A stretch of 64,000 nt of DNA from an uncultured Acidobacteriota bacterium (GTDB lineage: Bacteria > Acidobacteriota > Polarisedimenticolia > J045). Under the pieces are notes generated by a model, which was not told the origin of the DNA, did not search any database, and was given only the letters and a program-made list of their open reading frames with translations. Both the position numbers and the translations under genes were made by a program. Positions 55,876 to 64,000 of this stretch are shown piece by piece; positions within the stretch are counted from its first letter, which is position 1; each line of letters starts with the position of its first letter. The stretch is from contig CAVPCQ010000015.1 of assembly GCA_963702425.1 (NCBI GenBank), forward strand, positions 64,001-128,000. Reading direction: 5' to 3'.

Positions 55876-55881
55876 CCGGCG

Positions 55882-55944
55882 ATTATACGGGGCGGGCGCG
55901 GCTCCCGCCGCCGCAGGGGGACGCGGGGCGTTCCGGGCTAGACT
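55882..55944. promoter_or_regulatory. Divergent leaderless-type -10 elements
   Basis: Minus strand TATAAT (55887-55882) lies 6 nt before the ATG at 55875. Plus strand TAGACT (55939-55944) lies 6 nt before the GTG at 55951. Neither gene has an SD. Confidence 0.6.
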
Positions 55945-55950
55945 CGCGCC

Positions 55951-56931
55951 GTGACCGGGGATGTTCCGCGTACCGCCGCCCGCTTCCGGGTCGGCCCGGC
56001 CTACGCCGGGTACCGTTTGGACCAGTTCCTCCAGCGGATGATCCCGAAACTCAGCCGGAACCGGATCCAGAAAGCGATCGACGAGCGGGTCCGCCTCTCC
56101 TGGGAGGCGCCGGTCAAGGCCTCGACACCCGTCCGCGAGAACGGCGAGGTCTGGGTCGACGATCCCGACGTGAACGAGGAGGCGATCGCGTTCGATCCGG
56201 CCATCCTCTACGACGACGGCGACCTGCTGGCGATCGACAAGCCGCCCGGCATCGTCGTCCACCCGACCCACTCCCACCTGCGCAACACCGTGATCACGCT
56301 GCTCCGGCGGCAGCTGAACGCGCCGGAGCTGACGCTCGCGCACCGGCTCGACGCCGAGACCTCGGGCGTGCTGCTGCTCGGACGGCACACCTGGGCGGCG
56401 CGCCGGGCCCAGTCGGCGTTCCAGCGCGGCAAGGTCGAGAAGTCGTACCTGGCGATCGTCTTCGGCCGGCCGGTCGAGGACCGCTTCTCGGTCGACCTCC
56501 CGCTCGGCTATCACTCGCGCGACAGCTTCGTCTTCCGCCAGCTCCCGGAAGGCCAGGAAGCGCGCACTTCCCTGACGGAGTTCGAGGTGCTCGAGCGGAT
56601 GGCGCGCGCCTCCCTCGTGCGTGCCTTCCCGAAAACCGGGCGGCGGCACCAGATCCGCGCCCACCTCGCCGCGGCCGGGCACCCGATCGTCGGCGACAAG
56701 CTCTACGTGCTCGACGACCGCGCCTACCGGCGCTATCTCAAGCTGGGCCGGCTCGACGACGAGCTCCTGGCGCGCGTCGGCGCCGAGCGGCTGATGCTGC
56801 ACAGTTCCACGCTGTCGTTACCGCACCCGCGGCACCCCGGCGAGCGGATCGCGATCACCGCGCCGCTGCCGGCCGACATGGCGTCGTGGCTGGAGGCCGA
56901 GCGCGCGCGACCCGTCGAGGCGAGCGCGTGA
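55951..56931 (+). CDS. RluA/RluD-family pseudouridine synthase
   Basis: S4-like N-terminus (RLDQFL), DKPPG.VVHP, HRLD..TSG, TGR.HQIR.H, GD..Y, LH. Confidence 0.93.
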   Translation: MTGDVPRTAARFRVGPAYAGYRLDQFLQRMIPKLSRNRIQKAIDERVRLSWEAPVKASTPVRENGEVWVDDPDVNEEAIAFDPAILYDDGDLLAIDKPPGIVVHPTHSHLRNTVITLLRRQLNAPELTLAHRLDAETSGVLLLGRHTWAARRAQSAFQRGKVEKSYLAIVFGRPVEDRFSVDLPLGYHSRDSFVFRQLPEGQEARTSLTEFEVLERMARASLVRAFPKTGRRHQIRAHLAAAGHPIVGDKLYVLDDRAYRRYLKLGRLDDELLARVGAERLMLHSSTLSLPHPRHPGERIAITAPLPADMASWLEAERARPVEASA

Positions 56932-58688
56932 GGGGGTCGGCTCGTCGTGCGCTCCCGGCGCTGGGGGTGCTCGCAGCCGCGCTCGGCGCAGCGTTCGCAG
57001 GGGCACCGAAGGCTGCGGCGCCGGCGAGGCCGGACCCGCTCGCCGTCGGGGACGCGACGGGCAAGGCCCTCAAGGCGGAACTCGCCCGCCGCGGCCTCGA
57101 GCGTTCGGCCGTCGAACCGCAGGTGGAGGCCCTGCGCGGCGCCGACCCGTGGGTGGCGCTCATGCGAAGCGCCGCGGCAATCGGTGAAGCGAGCGCCTTC
57201 GCCTACATGGCGATCGACCAGGCGTTCGCCGAGCTGGGTGTGAGTGCCAGCGAGCGGATGGCGCTGGCCGATACGCAGTCCGCCGGCGACCAGCTGACCG
57301 AGCTGGGCCAGCAGATGAAGCTGTTCGAGGACCCGGTGCTCGGGATCTCCGAGCCCTGGCGCGCCTCCTTCGCGCAGCTCGCGGTCGACCTCGCACGCGC
57401 GCGGCGGCTCGCGGCTCAGGCGCTGGCCGGCATCTCCGCCGACGCGCGACAGCAGATCGCCGCCGGCCTGCTCGATCTTGCGCCGTCGGCTCGCTCACCG
57501 GGGGGCAACGCCGTCGCCGTCGACTACGGCGCGCTCGCGCGCGCCTCGGGGACCCTGCTGCTCGCGACGGATGCTTTCATCGCGCAGCTTCCGGCGCGCG
57601 AGCCTCCCGCCTTCTCCTGGCGCACCGACGTTCCCGGCGTGACCGGTTTTGCCCTCGGCCCGTTCGCCACCGCCGCCGGACCGATGTACCTCGGCGGCAT
57701 CGACGCCAACGCGTGGTCGGTCCCGCGCGACGCGATCGTCGTCGATCTCGGCGGCCGTGACAGCTACACCGACGGAGGCGAGCGCTACGTGGCGCCCGCC
57801 GTGGCCGCCTTGTCGGTCGTCGTCGACCTGCACGGCGACGATGCCTACCGCGCCTCGGCCCCCGCGGCGCTCGCGGCCGGGACGATGGGCCTGGCGCTGC
57901 TGCGCGACGTCGAGGGGAACGACAGCTACGAGGATCGCGCTCTCGCGCAGGGGACCGGAGTGTTCGGCTTCGGCCTGCTGCTCGACGAAGCGGGGGCCGA
58001 TCGCTACGCCGTCGGCAGCAGCGGGCAGGGGTACGCACACGCCGGGGTCGGAATGCTCGTCGACGGCGGCGGCGAGGACCTCTACGTCGCGGGGTGGTCC
58101 GGACAGGGGGTCGCGACCGGCCACGGCGTCGGGCTGCTCGCCGACCTCGAAGGGGACGACATCTACCGGGCGTCGACCGAAAGTGCACCCGATGCGACGG
58201 TCGGCGGGGCGCAGGGGGCCGGGCTCCGCGTGCCGGCCGAGGGACTGCCCGGCCTCGGGGTCCTGCTCGACGTCGCCGGCGATGACGTCTTCCTCGCGGC
58301 GCGGCAGGCCCAGGCGTACGCCCACGGCGGGCGCGGGCTGCTCGTCGACGGCGGCGGGAACGACTTTGCATCGGTCGGCTCGGACGGCCAGGCCGCCGCG
58401 GTCCGCGGTGGCTCGGCCGTTCTGATCGATCTCGGCGGGGACGACGTGCGGAGCGTGCGCGGCGCGAGGGGCGAAGCGTCTGCAGACGGCGGCGTCGCCG
58501 TGCTCCTCGACGCCGGCGGGGCCGACATCGTGCGCTGCGCCGTCGCGAAGAGCTGCCGCGGCGTCGCCGAGAGCGAGGGGCGCGCGCTCTTCCTCGATCT
58601 CGGCGTGAAGCCGCCCGTACGAATCGGCCTCCCGCCGAAGCCGAAGGCGAAGCCGGCGCCGGCCCCCTCCGGCAAGGTGACGAAGTGA
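56928..58688 (+). CDS. Secreted hypothetical protein with about 10 hhDxxGxDxY repeats
   Basis: Signal-like N-terminus. Repeats VVDLGGRDSY, VVDLHGDDAY, LRDVEGNDSY, LLDEAGADRY, LVDGGGEDLY, LADLEGDDIY and more. Confidence 0.7.
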   Translation: MRGSARRALPALGVLAAALGAAFAGAPKAAAPARPDPLAVGDATGKALKAELARRGLERSAVEPQVEALRGADPWVALMRSAAAIGEASAFAYMAIDQAFAELGVSASERMALADTQSAGDQLTELGQQMKLFEDPVLGISEPWRASFAQLAVDLARARRLAAQALAGISADARQQIAAGLLDLAPSARSPGGNAVAVDYGALARASGTLLLATDAFIAQLPAREPPAFSWRTDVPGVTGFALGPFATAAGPMYLGGIDANAWSVPRDAIVVDLGGRDSYTDGGERYVAPAVAALSVVVDLHGDDAYRASAPAALAAGTMGLALLRDVEGNDSYEDRALAQGTGVFGFGLLLDEAGADRYAVGSSGQGYAHAGVGMLVDGGGEDLYVAGWSGQGVATGHGVGLLADLEGDDIYRASTESAPDATVGGAQGAGLRVPAEGLPGLGVLLDVAGDDVFLAARQAQAYAHGGRGLLVDGGGNDFASVGSDGQAAAVRGGSAVLIDLGGDDVRSVRGARGEASADGGVAVLLDAGGADIVRCAVAKSCRGVAESEGRALFLDLGVKPPVRIGLPPKPKAKPAPAPSGKVTK

Positions 58689-59608
58689 TCGCGCCGCGGC
58701 TCCCCTCGCGCACCCGGCGCCTCGCGTTGATCGCGCTCCTCGCGATGCTCACGCTGCTCGCCGCCTGCGCCACGACGGCCGACGCGCGCAAGACATCCCG
58801 CACTTCCGAGAAGTCGAAGAAGTCCGCCCCCACGGTGATCCACGTCGTCGAGCCGGGGCAAACGCTCTACCGGATCGCGCTGGTCTACGGCGTGGAGCTG
58901 AAGACGCTGCAGCGCGCCAACCGGATCAGGAACCCGCGCCAGCTGAAGGTCGGGCAGAAACTCACCATCCCCGGCGCGAAGCAGGCGCTCGAGGTGCCGC
59001 CGTTCCCCGAGCCGATTCCCGTCGCGGCCCGGATCCAGCTGGCCGGCGCGAGCCCGCGAATCGAGGAGATCCGGCCACCCGTGGTCGACGCCGGCACCGA
59101 CGAGTGGATCTGGCCGATCGACGGACGCCTGACCTCCGGCTACGGCGCCCGGCGGCGGCGGCACATCCACGCCGGGATCGACGTCGTCGTCCCGCAGGGA
59201 ACCCCGATCATCGCCGCGCGCGAGGGGTTCGTGAGCTTCGTCGGCCGCCAGGGGGGGTACGGGCAACTGGTCATCGTCGATCACGGTGACGGCTGGACCA
59301 GCCGCTACGCCCACGCCTCGAAGATCCTCGTCGACGCCGGCGACACGGTGCATCCCGGCGAGGAGATCGCGCTGGCCGGGCACACGGGGCGCGCGACGAC
59401 GAGCCACCTGCACTTCGAGATCCGCCGGGACGGGAGAGCGATCGATCCGCTCCGCTACCTGCCGCCGTCTGGCGGCCCGCTTCCCGCCCCCGACGCCCCG
59501 CCGCTCGAGGGAGACGACGCGGACGGCCTCGAGGAGCACGGCGAGTGCCTCACCGACGAAACCGCCGATCCGTCGCACGCCGACGATCCCGGGACGGACC
59601 CGCGCTAG
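58685..59608 (+). CDS. LysM + M23 peptidase lipoprotein (NlpD-like)
   Basis: Lipobox LAAC, LysM (HVVEPGQTLYRIA), M23 HAGID, YAH and HLHFE. Confidence 0.9.
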   Translation: MIAPRLPSRTRRLALIALLAMLTLLAACATTADARKTSRTSEKSKKSAPTVIHVVEPGQTLYRIALVYGVELKTLQRANRIRNPRQLKVGQKLTIPGAKQALEVPPFPEPIPVAARIQLAGASPRIEEIRPPVVDAGTDEWIWPIDGRLTSGYGARRRRHIHAGIDVVVPQGTPIIAAREGFVSFVGRQGGYGQLVIVDHGDGWTSRYAHASKILVDAGDTVHPGEEIALAGHTGRATTSHLHFEIRRDGRAIDPLRYLPPSGGPLPAPDAPPLEGDDADGLEEHGECLTDETADPSHADDPGTDPR

Positions 59609-59642
59609 GCTCGATGTGACAGTTAGCCGGCCGCGTGAGCGG

Positions 59643-60473
59643 TCAGGCGAACCCCCCCTCCTCGAGTTCGTCCTCGTCGAGCCCGAGGTAGTGCCCGATC
59701 TCGTGCAGCACGGTGATGCGGATCTCCTCCACGAGGTCGTCGCGGTCGTGGAACATCCGCTCGAGGTTCCGCTGGTAGACGCAGATCACGTCGGGTAGCT
59801 GCGGCAGCTGGCCGAGGCTGCGCTCCGGCACCGGGGTCCCGGTGTAGAGCCCGAACAGGCAGGGGTCGGCGGGCAGGTCGAAGGCGCAAAGATCTTCCTC
59901 GCGCGGCAGGTCCGGCACGTGGATCGACAGCGTTCCGTTCCGGACGTAAGCCCGGGCCTCGTCGGGCAGCTCGTCGATCGCCTCGTGCACGATCTCCTGG
60001 AACTCCTCGGCCGAAAACCGCGTGGGAAGCGGGTACGCCTCCGGATCGGCATGGTGCGCGCGCTGGAAGAGATCCTCGGCGTCAGCGTAGTTCCCGGTGC
60101 CGTGCCGCTCGGTGCAGAGCGCCATCCAGTAGCAGGCCTGCGGGTCCGAGGCATCGACGGCGAGCGCGCGGACGAGCACGGCCTCGGCCCGCTCGAAGCG
60201 GCACATTTCGAACAGACAGAGCCCCAGGTCGGCGAGCGATGGCAGATCATCGGGCTCGACCGCGAGGATCTCCTCCAGCAGAACCGCCGCTTCCTCGTAG
60301 CCCCCCTGCTCGATCACGGCCGACGCGATGACCTGCCGGGCGTCGAGCGAGTCGCCCTGAAGCATGAGCGCGCGGCGGCCGAGCGCTTCGGCCTCCTCGA
60401 AATGCTCGTCGTCCAGCGCGTTCTGCGCGCGGCGAATCAAGTCGTCGTGGTTGCTCCGGAGCCGGGCAGTCAT
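59643..60473 (-). CDS. TPR + zincin-like metallopeptidase domain protein
   Basis: N-terminal TPRs, GLY.G.P..ERS, PD.I..YQRNLE, TVLHEIGHYLGL. Extended -10 TGcTATCCT upstream. Confidence 0.85.
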   Translation of the reverse strand: MTARLRSNHDDLIRRAQNALDDEHFEEAEALGRRALMLQGDSLDARQVIASAVIEQGGYEEAAVLLEEILAVEPDDLPSLADLGLCLFEMCRFERAEAVLVRALAVDASDPQACYWMALCTERHGTGNYADAEDLFQRAHHADPEAYPLPTRFSAEEFQEIVHEAIDELPDEARAYVRNGTLSIHVPDLPREEDLCAFDLPADPCLFGLYTGTPVPERSLGQLPQLPDVICVYQRNLERMFHDRDDLVEEIRITVLHEIGHYLGLDEDELEEGGFA

Positions 60474-60578
60474 GATCGGGTTCGTGTCCAGGACGCCGCC
60501 GAGGGGTTTTCCGGGCGCGATCCGCGGCGGGATCGGCCGGGTGGGCGGGAGGATAGCACCGCTCCTAGAATGGCGCCC

Positions 60579-61595
60579 ATGCAGACTCCGGCCTTCCGCC
60601 CGCTCCTCGCCACCCTCGCCGCCCTCACCGCGGTCCTGCCCGCCCTCGCCGCGGCGCCCACCCCGCCCGCAAAGATCGCTCCCTCGCCGGCGAAGGCTCC
60701 CGATCCGGCCTTCATTCCGCCCGCCTTCCGCGCCGAACGGCACACCGCCGCCGGCGAGGCCTACCTCCGGGCGCTCCCCGCCGGGACCAAGGTGATCGTC
60801 GATCGCGCCGACGGCGCACGCTTCGAACTGCTGCTCGAGGACGGGAAACTGACGGTCGAACTGCCGGCCTCGACCCTCTCCGCGGACGGTGGCACCCTGA
60901 CGACGCCGCTCGGCTACAAGGTCTCATTCCCGGCGGACGGCCCCCTCGGCATCGTCATCACCGCGCCGAACGGTCACCTGACGGAAATCCGGCTGCAGCG
61001 GACGGCCCTGCTCGTCATCGAATCGGACTCCGGCGTGTGGCGCTGGGATCTCGAGCGGCGCGGCCTGCGTCTGCCCGACGGTTCGCGGATCGACTCCCTG
61101 GACAAGGGGCTGCGCTGGGAGGTGTTGACGCTGCGCGGCGAGCGGTTCTCGGCCGAGCTCAAGGAGCGCCGCTGGAACACCCTCCCGCCGATCCCCTCCC
61201 CGCCGCTCGTGCCCGATCTGCTCTGCGCCTACCTCTCCGGGGACGGCGACGACTGGCGCCTTCCGGTTTGGGAGGACGATGTCGTCTTCTCGTGGAACTG
61301 GGTCCTGGTCGGGCTCCCGGTCGAGCGCGCGATCGGAGACGTGGGCCAGGGCCAGCGCCGGAAGGACATCGAGAACTACTTCAACGGCATCGACTCCGTG
61401 CAGCCGGGCGAGGAGGTCGGTGGTGCGCTGCTCGCCCGCCGGCTGGTCCTGGTCGGCGGGGATCGCGTGACCTTCGAGTTGCCGGGGAAGGCGCCGGTGA
61501 CGGTCTTCGTCCTGCCTGGCCCGCTGGAGGCGGACTACGCGATTCCGAAGTCGGATATTCAGACGACACTGACGCCGAAGCCGGCCGACCAGTGA
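60579..61595 (+). CDS. Secreted hypothetical protein, beta-strand rich
   Basis: ATG 7 nt after TAGAAT. Signal peptide MQTPAFRPLLATLAALTAVLPALA. Typical codon bias and no recognisable domain. Confidence 0.65.
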   Translation: MQTPAFRPLLATLAALTAVLPALAAAPTPPAKIAPSPAKAPDPAFIPPAFRAERHTAAGEAYLRALPAGTKVIVDRADGARFELLLEDGKLTVELPASTLSADGGTLTTPLGYKVSFPADGPLGIVITAPNGHLTEIRLQRTALLVIESDSGVWRWDLERRGLRLPDGSRIDSLDKGLRWEVLTLRGERFSAELKERRWNTLPPIPSPPLVPDLLCAYLSGDGDDWRLPVWEDDVVFSWNWVLVGLPVERAIGDVGQGQRRKDIENYFNGIDSVQPGEEVGGALLARRLVLVGGDRVTFELPGKAPVTVFVLPGPLEADYAIPKSDIQTTLTPKPADQ

Positions 61596-61603
61596 GATCC
61601 CCC

Positions 61604-63724
61604 ATGCATCGTGTCCGCCCGGGCGTGCGCCTTGTCGCGCGCGCCGCCGGTCTGTCCCTGACCGCGACGTTCCTGCTCTTCGCGGCGCTCGCGGCGGCAC
61701 GTGCCGCCGTGACGCCCACGCCGCTCACCGCGCTGGACGTCGCGCTGACCCGCAGCGTCAGCGAGGTCGAGCTCAGCCCCGACGGCGCGCTCGTCGCGTA
61801 CACGCTGAGCGTCCCGCGCAAGCCGGCCGTCGACGACAGCGGCCCCGCGTGGGCCGAGCTGTGGGTGGTCGAGATCAACGGGCAGAACGCGCGCGCGTTC
61901 GTCACCGGGAAGGTCAACGTCTCGGCGCCGCGCTTCAGTCCTGACGGCAGCCTCATCACCTACCTCGCCAAGCGCGGCGACGACAAGCAACGGCAGGTGT
62001 GGGCGATCCCCCTCGCCGGTGGTGAATCGTTCAAGCTGACCGCGGCGAAGAGTGATGTCGAAGCGTACGACTGGCGGCCGGACGGGAAGCTCCTCGGGTA
62101 CGTGGCGGCTGATCCTCCGTCCAAGGCGGCGGAGACGCTGCGCGAGAAGGGGTTCAAGCAGGAGGTCTACGAGGAGGACTGGCAGCCGCGCCGGATCGCC
62201 CTCCAGCCGCTGGCGCTGGCGGACGGCGGCGGCCCGACCGGACCGTCCGGCGACGCGCGGACTCTCGACAAGCTGCCGGGCCAGCCGTGGGGGCTCGCTT
62301 TCGCGCCCGACGGCAAGCGCCTGCTGACCGACCTCTCGCCCCGCCCATTGGTGGACGACCAGTACATGTTTCGCGTGCTGCACGTGATCGACGCGGAGAG
62401 CGGGGCCGTGCTGGGCAAGGTCGACCACCAGGGGAAGCTCGGACAGTTCGACTTCAGCGCCGACGGCAGCGCGCTCCTCTTCGTCGCCGCCGCCGACATC
62501 AACGACCACCAGGCCGGGCGGCTGATGGCGGCGCCGGCCGCCGGAGGCGCGCCACGTGACCTGCTGCCGACGCTCGAAGGACACGTCGAGTCGTTTCGGA
62601 CGCCGGCAGGCGGCGAGGTGGTCTATCTCGCCGGGGTCGGCGTCGGCTCGCGCCTCGGCCGCGTCCGGCCCGACGGGAGCGGGGCGACGATCCTCTCGGA
62701 GACGACCGATCCAGTCTGGGAGTCGCTCGCGCTCGATCGCAGCGGAACGCTGGCCGCGCTCGCCGGCGAGTCGCCGTCGTTCCCGCGTGAGGCATTCGCG
62801 CTCCCGCTCGCGCCGGGCGGCAAGCCGCTGCGGCTGACCGACAGCAACCCATGGCTGAAGCAGCGCCGACTGGCGAAGCAGGAGGTCATCCGCTACCCGG
62901 CGAAGGACGGGCTGATGATCGAGGGGATCCTGATCCGGCCGCTCGACGCGAAGCCGGGGACGAAGGTCCCGCTCGTCGTGATCGTCCACGGCGGACCCGA
63001 GTCGCACTACAAGAACGGCTGGGTCACGCGCTACGCGGAGCCGGGCCAGTTGCTCGCGGCCGAGGGGTACGCCGCGTTCTATCCGAACTACCGCGGCAGC
63101 ACCGGCCGCGGGCTTGCGTTCGCCAAGTCCGCATACGGCGACCCGGTCGGCAAGGAGTTCGACGACGTGCTCGACGGGGTCGACTACCTCGTGGCCCAGG
63201 GAGTGGCCGATCCGGCGAAGGTCGGCATCACCGGCGGCTCCTACGGCGGCTACTTCACCGCCTGGGGCGCGACGAAGCACAGCGATCGCTTCGCGGCCGG
63301 GGTGATGTTCGTCGGGATCTCGGACACGCTGTTCAAGGCCCGCACGACCGACATCCCGCGCGAGGACGAGCTGGTCCACATGGGGACGACGCCGGCTGCG
63401 ACGCCGCGGCTCTACGGCGAGCGCAGCCCGATCACCTACGTCGGCAACGCCAAGACGCCGCTCCTGATCCTGCACGGCAAGGACGACCCGCGCGTCGACC
63501 CCTCGCAGTCGCGGATGCTCTACCGGGCGCTCAAGGAGAAGGGGGAGGTCCCGGTGCGGCTGGTCTGGTACCCCGGTGAGGGGCACGGCAACCGCAACGC
63601 TCCAGCCCGCTACGACGTCACGCTGCGGCTGATGCAGTGGTTCGACTGGTACATCAAGCAGGGGAAGAAGGACCTGCCGCCATTCGTGCTCGACTACCCG
63701 GTCGATCTGCCGAAAGCCCCGTAG
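61604..63724 (+). CDS. S9-family peptidase (acylaminoacyl/dipeptidyl peptidase) with PD40 propeller
   Basis: Signal peptide, SPDG repeats, HGGP, NYRGS.G.G, GGSYGG (Ser), DDPRV (Asp), EGHG (His). Confidence 0.93.
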   Translation: MHRVRPGVRLVARAAGLSLTATFLLFAALAAARAAVTPTPLTALDVALTRSVSEVELSPDGALVAYTLSVPRKPAVDDSGPAWAELWVVEINGQNARAFVTGKVNVSAPRFSPDGSLITYLAKRGDDKQRQVWAIPLAGGESFKLTAAKSDVEAYDWRPDGKLLGYVAADPPSKAAETLREKGFKQEVYEEDWQPRRIALQPLALADGGGPTGPSGDARTLDKLPGQPWGLAFAPDGKRLLTDLSPRPLVDDQYMFRVLHVIDAESGAVLGKVDHQGKLGQFDFSADGSALLFVAAADINDHQAGRLMAAPAAGGAPRDLLPTLEGHVESFRTPAGGEVVYLAGVGVGSRLGRVRPDGSGATILSETTDPVWESLALDRSGTLAALAGESPSFPREAFALPLAPGGKPLRLTDSNPWLKQRRLAKQEVIRYPAKDGLMIEGILIRPLDAKPGTKVPLVVIVHGGPESHYKNGWVTRYAEPGQLLAAEGYAAFYPNYRGSTGRGLAFAKSAYGDPVGKEFDDVLDGVDYLVAQGVADPAKVGITGGSYGGYFTAWGATKHSDRFAAGVMFVGISDTLFKARTTDIPREDELVHMGTTPAATPRLYGERSPITYVGNAKTPLLILHGKDDPRVDPSQSRMLYRALKEKGEVPVRLVWYPGEGHGNRNAPARYDVTLRLMQWFDWYIKQGKKDLPPFVLDYPVDLPKAP

Positions 63725-63735
63725 GGGTTTCGAAG

Positions 63736-64000
63736 TTGAGCGAAGCGCGTTGGGAGCGTCGCGACGTCCTGCGGGCCGCGGCGCTCGCAGGCGTCGGGTC
63801 CGCCGTCTTCACGCGCGCGCTCTCCGCGCTGGCCGCGGGCGCCGAGGCGGGTGCCAACGGCGCGCCGGCCGCCGTCACGCCGGCGATGGTCGCGCAGGCG
63901 GAGTGGATTGCCGGCATCTCGCTCACCGCTGAGCAGCGCGAACTGATGCTCAAGGACCTGGCGCAGCTGCGGAAGGACGCCGCGACGCTGCGAGCGGTCC
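63736..64000 (+). CDS. Tat-exported protein, probably amidase (3' truncated)
   Basis: Hand translation MSEARWERRDVLRAAALAGVG...VTPAMVAQAEWIAGISLTAEQRELML shows a twin-arginine signal and an N-terminus resembling Tat amidases. Confidence 0.55.
   Translation, partial: MSEARWERRDVLRAAALAGVGSAVFTRALSALAAGAEAGANGAPAAVTPAMVAQAEWIAGISLTAEQRELMLKDLAQLRKDAATLRAV

Overview
High-GC (~70% by eye) diderm bacterial chromosome segment, probably Acidobacteriota (inferred from gene content and style). It is mostly core genome. In order it holds: the end of an M1 aminopeptidase; a Pho regulon (phoB convergent with pstS-pstC-pstA-pstB-phoU-phoR, with clear Pho boxes, and a divergent phosphate-porin gene broken by 2 TAG stops and 2 frameshifts); a minus-strand run sensor kinase-ligA-sigma54 RR-degP-sigma54 RR-TPR (frameshifted at a G8 tract)-receiver/TonB fusion; an XRE-HTH+TPR regulator coupled to an unknown secreted protein (RRNPP-like pair, the best candidate for an undescribed system); a full dcw cluster mraZ..ftsZ without ddl, followed directly by a REC-GGDEF cyclase; a candidate structured RNA and a 161-bp palindromic MITE; a MazF/RHH toxin-antitoxin pair; MFS, YjbQ, ABC-2 and TrmJ-like genes; a GH57/DUF4912 pair; RluA-family, LysM-M23, zincin and S9 peptidase genes; and the start of a Tat-exported amidase-like gene. 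Two small internally deleted gene remnants were found by hand translation. No rRNA, tRNA, CRISPR array or transposase was seen. All family calls come from motif recognition, not database searches.
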